A stretch of DNA of 32,000 nt from Candidatus Saccharimonadota bacterium (GCA_041942055.1 CP145874.1:330001-362000), one strand, 5' to 3'; positions 21,608 to 30,163 are shown, counted from the first letter of the stretch. The notes: generated by a model not told the origin, from the letters alone. Numbers and translations: made by a program.

Positions 21608-21635
21608 TATCTTGATTAACTAGATAATATTTTTT
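21608..21635 (+). terminator. Weak candidate terminator after dnaQ
   Basis: TATCTTG (21608-14) and CTAGATA (21620-26) pair at 6 of 7 positions, with loop ATTAA. ATA then T6 (21630-35) follows. All-AT context, so specificity is low. Confidence 0.3.
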
Positions 21636-21760
21636 CATAGATGGTAAAAACTCAAAGCAATCTATTTTTAAACAACTAATAATTGATAAATATATTATTG
21701 AAAAGATATATATTAAGATATTTGGATAGAACGTAAGGATAATTAATAGAATTAATTTAT

Positions 21761-21788
21761 ATTGAAATTTGACAGATAATCCTTAAAT
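21761..21788 (+). promoter_or_regulatory. Candidate sigma-32-like promoter for ibpA
   Basis: aTTGAAA (21761-67), a 13-nt spacer, then CCTTAAAT (21781-88), about 100 nt upstream of the ibpA ATG. The -35 is good but the -10 matches CCCCATNT only partly. Confidence 0.4.
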
Positions 21789-21888
21789 ATTTAAGGTGCT
21801 TTGTTTACTAAAGCTAAAATTAGCCGCTATACTTACTTATAATAAATAAAAAGAAGCATCATAATTATTTTAATAACTAAGGAGGTTT

Positions 21889-22404
21889 ATGATGACTTAT
21901 CGTTCTTTTTCATTAATTCCTGGAATCACTGATAATCTTTTTTCCGATCGTTTTGATCGTATGGATCGGTTATTTAGTCGATTAACAGGTGATGTTCCTT
22001 TATCTGATTCTCCATGTTATAATCTTATTCAAATGGATGAAAATCATTACAGTCTTACAATAAGTGTGCCTGGATATAAAGAAAGCGATTTAGATATTAC
22101 TTTACAAAACGGACAACTTACTATTACTGGTAAGCATCAGTGTAAAGACAAAGTAAAAATGAAGGAAGATAGAAAGAATGTTAAGTGGTTACATAAGGGA
22201 ATTTCTTTAGACGAATTTAATCTGAGTTTTAATCTTCATAATCGTGTAAAAGTACAAAATGCTTTATTAGAAAATGGATTATTAAAGCTTGAATTAGAAT
22301 ATGAAATTCCTGAAGAACATAAACGACAAAAGATAACTATCGAACGTCAGGATAATAACCGAATTATGCAACAACCTCAGCAAGGATTAATTAAAAATAA
22401 ATAA
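21889..22404 (+). CDS. ibpA: Small heat-shock protein IbpA (alpha-crystallin family)
   Basis: The alpha-crystallin core DENHY.L...VPG..ESDL.I....L.I.G plus NGLL.L.LE..IPE align with E. coli IbpA. The SD is strong (AAGGAGG). The start could be ATG 21889 or 21892. A roughly 30-aa C-terminal extension is present relative to the 137-aa E. coli protein. Confidence 0.88.
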   Translation: MMTYRSFSLIPGITDNLFSDRFDRMDRLFSRLTGDVPLSDSPCYNLIQMDENHYSLTISVPGYKESDLDITLQNGQLTITGKHQCKDKVKMKEDRKNVKWLHKGISLDEFNLSFNLHNRVKVQNALLENGLLKLELEYEIPEEHKRQKITIERQDNNRIMQQPQQGLIKNK

Positions 22405-22411
22405 TTATTTT

Positions 22412-22447
22412 AAAAAATATAACCCCCATTCAGGGGTTATATTTTTT
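22412..22447. terminator. Bidirectional rho-independent terminator shared by convergent ibpA and metG
   Basis: AAAAAATATAACCCC (22412-26), loop CATTCA, GGGGTTATATTTTTT (22433-47). It is a perfect palindrome with A6 and T6 flanks. The metG stop codon (22430-32) lies in the loop. Confidence 0.8.
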
Positions 22448-24094
22448 ATTATCTTGTTGTATATATTCTAACATTGAATTAATTGTTTGAATTTCTATCC
22501 GATTATAAAGGTTTTGAAACTCTGAAATTTTATGATTTAACAATGGATAGGGGATTTTATGCCACTCTAATGTACAGATTAAAAATTTTTCTGATCGTTC
22601 AGTAATACTAGGAATAACTGGTTTTAGGAAAGTCATTAATAGTCTAAATAGATTTAATCCCATAGTACATATTGATTGTAATTCTGGTAAATCATTTTTA
22701 TTATTTACTAATAACCAGGGTTTCTTTTCGGTTATATAGCTATTAGCTAAATTAGTTAAAAATATGATTTGTTGAATAACTTGACTAAATTCACGGTTAA
22801 AAAAAGCATCTTCTATTATTTTTGAGGTATCAATAAAAAGATCATATAATTGAGGATTTTGTAATTTAGTTCCCAACCAACCGGAAAAATATTTATTAAT
22901 AAAACTTGCAGTTCTAGCTGCTAAATTTACTATTTTATTGACAAGATCTGTATTTATGCGTTGTATAAAATCTTGTAAATTTAGATCAATATCTTCTATA
23001 CCAGAAGATAGTTTAGTAGCATAATAATAACGTAAGCTGTCAGAGTCTAAAAATTTTAACCAAGTACTGGCTTTAATCAAAGTATTTCTAGACTTAGACA
23101 TTTTGATTCCATTAACTGTTACATATCCGTGTACAAAGATATTCGTGGGTTTACGAAAACCACTTGCTTCTAATATGGCTGGCCAGAATAGGCTATGAAA
23201 ATAAATAATATCTTTGCCTATAAAATGACATAAATTAACTGTAGAGGTAGGTTTCCAAAACTCATCAAAATCTATATTTTTTATTTGATTACATAAATTC
23301 TTAAAAGTACTTATATACGCAATAGGTGCATCTAACCAAACATAAAAATATTTATCAATCAGATTAGGAATTTTAAAACCAAAATATGGAGCATCACGAG
23401 ATATATTCCATGGCTGAAGACCAACATTAAACCATTCTTGTAATTGGTTAACTACTTGATTTGATAAACAACCTGATCTAATCCAAGATTTTAACATTTT
23501 AGTAAATAATGGAAGATCAAAAAATAAATGTTCGGAAGTTCGTAAAATTGGAATAGCTCCAGTTATTACTGATTTAGCATTAATTAAATCAGTAGGATTA
23601 TAAATAGATCCACAAATTTCACAATTATCACCATACTGTTCGGATGCTTTACAAATCGGACAAGAACCTTTCACAAAACGATCAGGGAGAAACATTTTTT
23701 TTTCTGGATCATATAATTGGTTTAATATATATTTTTTAATCAAACCTTGCTGTTGTAATTTATTATAAATAATTTTTAACAGTTCATGATTATCTTTAGT
23801 ATGTGTTGAAGAATAGTTATCATAACTAATATTAAATTCTGTCAAATCTTTTTTATGTTGTTTATATACCTTATAAATCATATATTCAGGATCTAAACCA
23901 CATTCTTGTGCTTTTAATAAGATTGGAGTTCCATGTGCATCATCAGCACAAATGAAAAAAATTTCATTTCCACGCATTTTTTGATAACGAACCCAAATAT
24001 CAGCTTGAATATGTTCAAGTAAATGTCCAATATGAAGAGAACCATTAGCATAAGGTAATGCACATGTCACTAAAAATTTTTGGATATTTTTCAT
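22430..24094 (-). CDS. metG: Methionyl-tRNA synthetase, core enzyme without the C-terminal dimerisation/tRNA-binding domain
   Basis: [17 protein letters not shown] (the HIGH motif), the zinc knuckle CPICK...YGDNCEICG, and KMSKS are present. The ORF is 554 aa against roughly 677 aa in E. coli. The alignment stops at ..LYNRIE. Confidence 0.93.
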   Translation of the reverse strand: MKNIQKFLVTCALPYANGSLHIGHLLEHIQADIWVRYQKMRGNEIFFICADDAHGTPILLKAQECGLDPEYMIYKVYKQHKKDLTEFNISYDNYSSTHTKDNHELLKIIYNKLQQQGLIKKYILNQLYDPEKKMFLPDRFVKGSCPICKASEQYGDNCEICGSIYNPTDLINAKSVITGAIPILRTSEHLFFDLPLFTKMLKSWIRSGCLSNQVVNQLQEWFNVGLQPWNISRDAPYFGFKIPNLIDKYFYVWLDAPIAYISTFKNLCNQIKNIDFDEFWKPTSTVNLCHFIGKDIIYFHSLFWPAILEASGFRKPTNIFVHGYVTVNGIKMSKSRNTLIKASTWLKFLDSDSLRYYYATKLSSGIEDIDLNLQDFIQRINTDLVNKIVNLAARTASFINKYFSGWLGTKLQNPQLYDLFIDTSKIIEDAFFNREFSQVIQQIIFLTNLANSYITEKKPWLLVNNKNDLPELQSICTMGLNLFRLLMTFLKPVIPSITERSEKFLICTLEWHKIPYPLLNHKISEFQNLYNRIEIQTINSMLEYIQQDNKKYNP

Positions 24095-24230
24095 AATAAA
24101 TGCTAAATCAGCTATAAAATAAACGTTAAAAAATTTTTTAATAAAGTTTAAAGATAAAAAACCTTTTCAAGCCAAACATATCATAAAATATAGTCTTAAA
24201 TACTGCTGGACATTACATTTTTGTGTATTG

Positions 24231-24259
24231 AAAAAAGCTCAGACTTATTAACTAAGTTT
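24231..24259 (-). terminator. Candidate terminator after yegQ
   Basis: The minus strand reads AAACTTA-GTTAA-TAAGTCT (7-bp stem with one G-U pair), then GAGC and T6. It begins 2 nt after the yegQ stop. Confidence 0.35.
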
Positions 24260-24260
24260 A

Positions 24261-25574
24261 TCAATTTGCATTTTTAAAAAGATTAAGTATTAACAATGCA
24301 AAATTTATTTCAATGTTAGAGGGAATGGGTATCCAAACTAAATAACCATTACCAAGTGCTATATTTATGGATTTCGCTTCATTATTTTCTATAAATTTTA
24401 CATGCCAATTAATATTTTTATGTGGCGATATAATTTCAACACTATCTCCTTTAGCAAATTTATTTTTTACTGCTACTTGTGCTAATTCTCCTTTACGTTT
24501 TCCAGTAAATTCGCCTACAAACTTTTGTTTTTTAGAAATAGAAGAACTGTACAAATAATTTTGTAAATCTTCATTATTATGACGAGACAAAAATCCTTCC
24601 GTATAACCTCTATGCGATAATCCATCTAGCATTTCTAATAAAAAATTATTAAAAGATCTTCCTGATATAGCATCATCAATTGCATTACGATAAATTTGTG
24701 TAGTTCTAGCACAATAATAAAATGATTTGGTTCGTCCTTCTATTTTAAGTGAATGTATACCGATATTCATTAAACGTTCTATATGTTTTATGCCTCGCAA
24801 ATCTTTTGAATTAAAAATATATGTTCCATGTTGATCTTCGAAAGATGTCATATAGTCTTCTTCGGGTTGTAATCCTTCAGAATTTTTTATCAAAAATAAT
24901 TTTTGAGTTGTTTTAGATGGATTAGAAAGAACAATATTTCCTATATCATCTTCTTTTCCTTCTTGAACTTTATATTTCCATCGACAATTATTAGTACAAG
25001 CCCCTTGATTAGAATCTCGTTTATTAAGATAACTAGATAATAAACATCGTCCTGAATATGCCATACATATTGCACCATGAATAAACACTTCTAATTCCAT
25101 ATCTGGAACTCGTTCATGTATTTCTTCAATTTCTTCTATAGATAGTTCTCTTGATAAGATTACTCTTTTCAAACCCATTCGAGACCAAAATGATACTGCA
25201 GCCCAGTTTACTGTATTAGCTTGTACTGAAAGATGAATAGGAATGGTAGGAAAATAATCTTGGATCAACATTATGACTCCAGGATCTGAAACGATGAGAG
25301 CATCTGGTTTTAAATCAATGATATTTTTTAAATCCTGAATTAAAGTGTTTATTTTCGAATTGTGTGGAGTAATATTTATTACAACATAAAATTTTTTGTT
25401 TAAAATATGAGCTTCATTAATGCCTATTCGTAAGTTTTCATAATTAAATTCATTATTACGTACTCGTAAACTATAACGTGGAGATCCAGCATACACCGCA
25501 TCTGCACCATAAGCCAAAGAATAACGCATATTTTTTAAGGTACCAGCAGGAGAAAGTAATTCTGATTTAAACAT
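24261..25574 (-). CDS. yegQ: Peptidase-U32 family protein YegQ (TrhP, linked to tRNA ho5U34 hydroxylation in E. coli)
   Basis: Collinear with E. coli YegQ from MFKSELLSPAGTLKNMRYSLAYGADAVYAG. The segment CMAYSGRCLLS...C.NNCRW is conserved. The ORF track extends to 25640, but homology starts at ATG 25574. Confidence 0.88.
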   Translation of the reverse strand: MFKSELLSPAGTLKNMRYSLAYGADAVYAGSPRYSLRVRNNEFNYENLRIGINEAHILNKKFYVVINITPHNSKINTLIQDLKNIIDLKPDALIVSDPGVIMLIQDYFPTIPIHLSVQANTVNWAAVSFWSRMGLKRVILSRELSIEEIEEIHERVPDMELEVFIHGAICMAYSGRCLLSSYLNKRDSNQGACTNNCRWKYKVQEGKEDDIGNIVLSNPSKTTQKLFLIKNSEGLQPEEDYMTSFEDQHGTYIFNSKDLRGIKHIERLMNIGIHSLKIEGRTKSFYYCARTTQIYRNAIDDAISGRSFNNFLLEMLDGLSHRGYTEGFLSRHNNEDLQNYLYSSSISKKQKFVGEFTGKRKGELAQVAVKNKFAKGDSVEIISPHKNINWHVKFIENNEAKSINIALGNGYLVWIPIPSNIEINFALLILNLFKNAN

Positions 25575-25690
25575 AATAGATGTTATTATATAATTTTTAT
25601 AAAAAATTATATTAGGTCTTGTGATTAATGTAAATGGCATTATTATAACATTTATTCAGCATGATAAAGTTTATATATAAGGAGAAAATT

Positions 25691-26593
25691 ATGATGAAAC
25701 GTATTGGTCTTTTTATGATTACAAATTTTAGTGTAATGTTGATAATTGGAATACTTCTGGCAATAATGGGTATTAAGTCACGTAATCTTCTAGAACTTAT
25801 AGCATTAGCTACAATTACGGGTTTTGGAGGATCATTAATTTCTCTATTTTTATCGAAAAACATGGCTTTGAAGTCAGTTGGTGGAAAAACTATTATTAAA
25901 CCTTCTGATGAAACTGAACAATGGCTGATGGAAACCGTTTCAAAACAAGCTAAAAAGATGCGTATTAGCATGCCTCAAGTAGCTATCTATCCTGCAGAAG
26001 ATCTTAATGCTTTTACTACTGGTGCTCATCATAATGATTCATTAATTGCAGTATCTAGCGGCTTATTAAAGGATATGAAAAAGGAAGAAGTGGAAGCAGT
26101 TTTAGCTCATGAGATGACTCATATTTCTAATGGTGATATGGTAACTATGACTTTACTTCAAGGAATAGCCAATACTTTTGTATTTTTTATTTCTCATTCA
26201 TTAAATCGATTTATTTATTCAGGTAATCGTAATTATATTCCTAATAATCCTTTTACTCCTACTATTTATCCGAATTATTTTGGAACTGTTGTGGTTGCAA
26301 TCTTACAATCAGCAGTTGGTTTTATTGCTACTATTATTACAATGTGGTTTTCACGTAAACGAGAATTTTATGCTGATGCAGGTGCAGCTAAATTGGCAGG
26401 ACGTGAAAAAATGATCGCTGCCTTGCAACGTCTCAAATCTAGTGATATTGAACCTCCAAAAGCACTCACTACTCTAAGACCTTTTTGTATTAATGGTGGT
26501 AAGAAAAACAATACAGTAACTTTACTTTTTAAGTCACATCCCTCTCTAGAACAACGTATTAAAGCACTACGCACTTTAAAATATCGTCAATGA
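25691..26593 (+). CDS. htpX: Membrane zinc metalloprotease HtpX
   Basis: MMKRIGLFMITN.. parallels E. coli MMRIALFLLTN. The HEXXH motif (AHEMTHISNGD) is present, as is REF.ADAG.AKL.GREKMIAALQRLK. AAGGAG lies 5 nt upstream of ATG 25691. The track start at 25661 is rejected. Confidence 0.92.
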   Translation: MMKRIGLFMITNFSVMLIIGILLAIMGIKSRNLLELIALATITGFGGSLISLFLSKNMALKSVGGKTIIKPSDETEQWLMETVSKQAKKMRISMPQVAIYPAEDLNAFTTGAHHNDSLIAVSSGLLKDMKKEEVEAVLAHEMTHISNGDMVTMTLLQGIANTFVFFISHSLNRFIYSGNRNYIPNNPFTPTIYPNYFGTVVVAILQSAVGFIATIITMWFSRKREFYADAGAAKLAGREKMIAALQRLKSSDIEPPKALTTLRPFCINGGKKNNTVTLLFKSHPSLEQRIKALRTLKYRQ

Positions 26594-26627
26594 AAATCTA
26601 TCTAGTATTGTAGGAGGACGATTAAAA

Positions 26628-27329
26628 ATGCGAATTTTGGCAATTGATACCTCTACCAAGGTATGTTCAGTAGCTTTATTTAATCATGGAGAAATCAGCT
26701 CAATAGTAAGGTCTTCTGCAAAAAAACATGCTCAAATAGTTTTATCTATGATACACAATCTTCTCAGCAAATCAGAAATATATTTAAATCAACTTAATGT
26801 TTTAGCATATAATCGTGGTCCTGGAAGTTTTACTGGATTGCGTATTGGAATTAGTATAGCTCAAGGAATTGGATTAGGATTAGATTTACCTCTTATTGGA
26901 ATATCTTCATTAGCAGTATTAGCAGAAAATGCTTGGCATCTTACTAGAATTAAAAGAGTATTAGTTGCACTTAATGCGTATATGGGAGAAATATATTGGG
27001 CAGAATATCAACGAATAAATTTGTCTAATCCATGTTGGAAGGGAGTCGAAACTGAGACCATTCTGAAACCCTTAGAAGTAAAATCTAAAATATCTAAGTT
27101 AAATGGCATTTGGTGTGTAGCTGGAAATGGATGGTATACATATCCAGATCTAAAAGATCTTAAACGATTATATGTATCTACTCCAGTAAGTATACCTGTA
27201 GCAAATAACATTTTACCTTTAGCAATAATTGAATATAAAGAAGGTAATATTTTTTCAGCTGCTTGTAGTGTTGAACCGTATTATATACGTAATAATTTAT
27301 TATGGAAAAAGTTACCAGGACGTACTTAA
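26628..27329 (+). CDS. tsaB: tRNA t6A37 threonylcarbamoyltransferase complex subunit TsaB (YeaZ)
   Basis: MRILAIDTST..CSVAL, NRGPGSFTGLRIG..IAQG and the C-terminal YIRNN..WKKLPGR align along the full length with E. coli YeaZ. GGAGG lies upstream. Confidence 0.9.
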   Translation: MRILAIDTSTKVCSVALFNHGEISSIVRSSAKKHAQIVLSMIHNLLSKSEIYLNQLNVLAYNRGPGSFTGLRIGISIAQGIGLGLDLPLIGISSLAVLAENAWHLTRIKRVLVALNAYMGEIYWAEYQRINLSNPCWKGVETETILKPLEVKSKISKLNGIWCVAGNGWYTYPDLKDLKRLYVSTPVSIPVANNILPLAIIEYKEGNIFSAACSVEPYYIRNNLLWKKLPGRT

Positions 27330-27559
27330 ACGTAATAATATTTAGTAGTATTGTATTGGACGAAAAAAAATTATTTAATAGTTAAGAAATGACCCGACGC
27401 TAACTTTCTCAATTGATCTTCCAATATAAAACGTGTATTTAGAGCTTCTCCTACTTGAGATAAAGCATTTTAAAAATATAGATTGTTATCATCATTAATA
27501 GTAACACATAAATATATATCATATAATTTGATGAACTCATTATAGCTTTTTCATCAATT

Positions 27560-27589
27560 GGTTTAAATATTTTTTAGAATATTTAAACC
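27560..27589. repeat. Perfect 12-bp inverted repeat (GGTTTAAATATT / AATATTTAAACC) with a 6-nt spacer
   Basis: Read directly from the sequence: arms at 27560-71 and 27578-89, loop TTTTAG. It lies inside a 552-bp spacer with no recognisable gene. No T-run follows on either strand. Confidence 0.7.
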
Positions 27590-27765
27590 CAATAATCTTA
27601 TAATAAGAAACTATAAGTAATTAGTTGGGTGGTTGTAAGATAATGATAGTGTTATTTTTAAATGGATTTAGCATATTAAAACTCCATAAAGTATTTAACT
27701 ATTACACTGAATTTAAAAACGATTAAGAATGGTTAGGATTATTAATAAGCTTATTACTATTTTTT

Positions 27766-27794
27766 TTGACTTTTATTTGAATATAAGATATAGA
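27766..27794 (+). promoter_or_regulatory. Candidate sigma-70 promoter for hupA
   Basis: TTGACT (27766-71), a 17-nt spacer, then TATAGA (27789-94). A T7 run precedes it. It lies about 90 nt upstream of hupA. Such matches are not very specific in AT-rich DNA. Confidence 0.3.
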
Positions 27795-27881
27795 AAAAAT
27801 ATTGATCACATTATAAAAAAGCGATTACTTTCTTTAAAGTAAAAATCATCAAATGTTTAATAATGTAAGGATAATTAAATT

Positions 27882-28157
27882 ATGAATAAGACTCAACTTA
27901 TTGAGAAAATAGCGGAAAAATCCGCCTTATCTAAATCTAAAGCGAAAATTGCTTTAGAATCTACTCTGGCTTCTATTACAGAATGTCTTAAAGCAGGAGA
28001 AATAGTACAAATTATTGGTTTTGGCACTTTTAAAGTGAATCATCGTGCTGAACGAATAGGACGTAATCCTCAAACAGGGCAAGAACTGAAAATAGCTGCT
28101 ACTAATGTTCCAGCTTTTGTATCAGGAAAAATTTTAAAAGAAGCAGTTAAAAAATAA
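27882..28157 (+). CDS. hupA: Nucleoid protein HU, alpha subunit
   Basis: 91 aa. [70 protein letters not shown] matches E. coli HupA much better than HupB. Confidence 0.93.
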   Translation: MNKTQLIEKIAEKSALSKSKAKIALESTLASITECLKAGEIVQIIGFGTFKVNHRAERIGRNPQTGQELKIAATNVPAFVSGKILKEAVKK

Positions 28158-28178
28158 TTAAACAATTTATTCTAAGTA

Positions 28179-28208
28179 GGGGTGGATTTATTTTCTCTCA
28201 TCTACCCC
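28179..28208 (+). terminator. Candidate terminator hairpin after hupA
   Basis: GGGGTGG (28179-85) pairs with CTACCCC (28202-08), including one G-U pair, across a 16-nt loop. It is the only GC-rich hairpin in this spacer. The downstream T-tract is weak (TTGAGTTT). Confidence 0.4.
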
Positions 28209-28284
28209 TTGAGTTTAAAATATGTTATTAAACAAGTAATAATTATAGCAAATGAATTAGTATTTTTTATAAATTAGTACGGAT

Positions 28285-28875
28285 ATGAAAGTAAAAAACC
28301 AATTAATTTTTCTAAGTATATTATTAATCAATCAAATTGTTCTGGCTACTCCATTTATTAATGGAGAACATTATCTCACACTTAATAAACCAATTACAGG
28401 CATTCCTCAGGTAATAGAATTTTTCTCTTTTTTATGTCCTCATTGTTATCAATTGGAATCAGTATTCCATCAAAACAATTTGAAATCCAAATTTAAAACA
28501 GTAAAATATCACGTTATTTTTGCAGAAAATGAATTTGTTTTAACTCAAGCATGGAGTATTGCAATAGCTTTAGGAATAGAAAATCGTGTTATATTACCAA
28601 TATTTCATCAAACCATTATTAATAATAATTTTTTTTATAATGATATCGTTAAGATTTTTATTAATTTAGGAATTTCTAAAAGAGATTATGATTATTTATG
28701 GAATAGTTATACTATAAGATTATTGAGTTTTAAACAGCAAGAATTAGCTCAAAGGATAAGAGTAAACACTATTCCTACAATAGTTATAGATGGAAAATAT
28801 CTCATTAAAAATGAAGCGATTACAGGATTTTATAATTATAATAAAATTATTACCTATCTTCACCATCTACACTAA
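28285..28875 (+). CDS. dsbA: Periplasmic thiol:disulfide oxidoreductase DsbA
   Basis: A signal-like N-terminus is followed by ..PQV.EFFSF.CPHCYQ.E, the CPHC active site. IPT.VIDGKY matches the cis-Pro loop region of E. coli DsbA. Confidence 0.9.
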   Translation: MKVKNQLIFLSILLINQIVLATPFINGEHYLTLNKPITGIPQVIEFFSFLCPHCYQLESVFHQNNLKSKFKTVKYHVIFAENEFVLTQAWSIAIALGIENRVILPIFHQTIINNNFFYNDIVKIFINLGISKRDYDYLWNSYTIRLLSFKQQELAQRIRVNTIPTIVIDGKYLIKNEAITGFYNYNKIITYLHHLH

Positions 28876-28895
28876 CTAATTTTAGTTAGGAATTG

Positions 28896-29801
28896 ATGAA
28901 TATTAAATTCAATAAATTAGATTCTTTTTTTTTAATTGATGGGAGTTATTATTTTTATAAGGCTTATTACGCATTACCTACTTTAACTAATAGTAAAGGA
29001 GAACCTACTGGTGCAATTTATGGAGTATTAAATATGCTTGATAATTTCTTACAATCTTATAATCCTAAATATATGCTAGTAGTTTTTGATGCTCCAGAAA
29101 AAAATTTTAGACATAAATTATTTACTCAATATAAATCCAATAGAAGATCTATGCCTTACTCATTACAGCTTCAAATTAAACCATTATATAATATAATCAA
29201 GGCTATGGGAATTCCTATATTAGTAGCTTCTGGAGGAGTAGAAGCTGATGATATTATTGGTACTTTAGCGACTGAATATATCGCCTGTCAAGGAGGAAGA
29301 GTTTATATAGATAGTAATGATAAAGATATAGCACAATTAGTTACATCTAATATTTTTATAATAAATACGAGTGATAATACACTTGTAGGACCATCAGAAG
29401 TCTTGCAGAAATATGGAGTACCTCCAAATTTAATTATTGATCTTATAGCTTTAATGGGCGATTATTCAGATAATATTCCAGGGATTCCTGGTGTAGGAAT
29501 TAAAACCGCACAAAGGTTATTAACTTATATAGGGAATGTTAAGCAAATTTTTTCTAATCTCTCTAAAGTAGCCGAACTATCTTTTCCTGGTGTTAAAAAT
29601 TTAACATTTAAGTTAGAACAATATAAAGAAATGGTATTTCTTTATCGTATTCTTGCTACTATCAAAACTGATCTTCCGATTAAAATCAATTATGATAAAT
29701 TAATAGTAAACCAACCAAATATGGAAGAATTTATAAAATTATGTAAACATTATGAATTTAAAAATTGGATGCATAAGATTCAAAAAAATTTGTGTAATTG
29801 A
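28896..29801 (+). CDS. polA: 5'-3' exonuclease (flap endonuclease) domain of DNA polymerase I, as a stand-alone ORF
   Basis: Aligns with E. coli PolI residues 1 to about 320 (L.DGS.Y.Y.AY.A.P.LTNS.GEPTGA.YGVLNML, GVEADD.IGTLA, ALMGD.SDNIPG.PGVG.KTA, YEFK.W). It stops at TGA 29799, immediately followed by TAA. Sits downstream of dsbA as in E. coli. Confidence 0.9.
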   Translation: MNIKFNKLDSFFLIDGSYYFYKAYYALPTLTNSKGEPTGAIYGVLNMLDNFLQSYNPKYMLVVFDAPEKNFRHKLFTQYKSNRRSMPYSLQLQIKPLYNIIKAMGIPILVASGGVEADDIIGTLATEYIACQGGRVYIDSNDKDIAQLVTSNIFIINTSDNTLVGPSEVLQKYGVPPNLIIDLIALMGDYSDNIPGIPGVGIKTAQRLLTYIGNVKQIFSNLSKVAELSFPGVKNLTFKLEQYKEMVFLYRILATIKTDLPIKINYDKLIVNQPNMEEFIKLCKHYEFKNWMHKIQKNLCN

Positions 29802-29815
29802 TAATTTATAAAAAT

Positions 29816-30032
29816 ATGAAAGATGAAAAAAAAAAAAAAAAAATTTTTCTGGATCAAAACTTTAAAAAAGTTCTTCATTTGCATATTAATACAATTATTG
29901 ATAATAGTCGTGAAATAATTGGATTATTTATTGTACTCTATATAGGAGAAGCAGTTGATTTGTCACTCTGAAAAAATGGATGTTAAAACGTTATTACCAT
30001 TAAAAAATAGTTTATGTTTCAATTTCATCTAA
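29816..30032 (+). pseudogene. Probable decayed relic of the polA 3'-5' exonuclease domain, in two frames
   Basis: Frame 1 (29816-29971) reads MKDEKKKKKIFLDQNFKKVLHLHINTIIDNSREIIGLFIVLYIGEAVDLSL*. Compare E. coli PolI TILDEETLKAWI...[31 protein letters not shown]. The +1 frame (29967-30032) reads SEKMDVKTLLPLKNSLCFNFI*. Compare SRERALELLKPLLEDEKALKVGQNLKYD. The similarity was judged by eye only. Confidence 0.45.
29826..29843 (+). repeat. A18 homopolymer followed by T5
   Basis: Counted directly: 18 consecutive A (29826-29843), then TTTTT (29844-48). It lies 25 nt downstream of the polA' stop. Confidence 0.95.
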
Positions 30033-30079
30033 TTGATTTTGCTAGATCGTTAACTGATTTATTAATAAAATAATTAGGA

Positions 30080-30163
30080 TGCCCAGAGCGGGATTCGAAC
30101 CCGCATAGCTATTTCGCTGAGGGATTTTAAGTCCCTTGTGTCTACCCATTCCACCATCCGGGC
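30080..30163 (-). tRNA. leuZ: tRNA-Leu (anticodon UAA); no encoded CCA
   Basis: The reverse complement reads GCCCGGATGGTGGAATGGGTAGACACAAGGGACTTAAAATCCCT...GCGGGTTCGAATCCCGCTCTGGGCA. The anticodon loop is CTTAAAA and a long variable arm is present. The sequence after the discriminator is TCC. Confidence 0.93.

Noticed and set aside
28872-28889. A hairpin, CTAACTA-ATTT-TAGTTAG, spanning the dsbA stop codon and the polA' SD region.
   Set aside because: It has only 7 bp, all but two of them A-T, and no T-tract. Stems like this arise easily by chance in DNA this AT-rich. It is not enough to claim a terminator or translational control.
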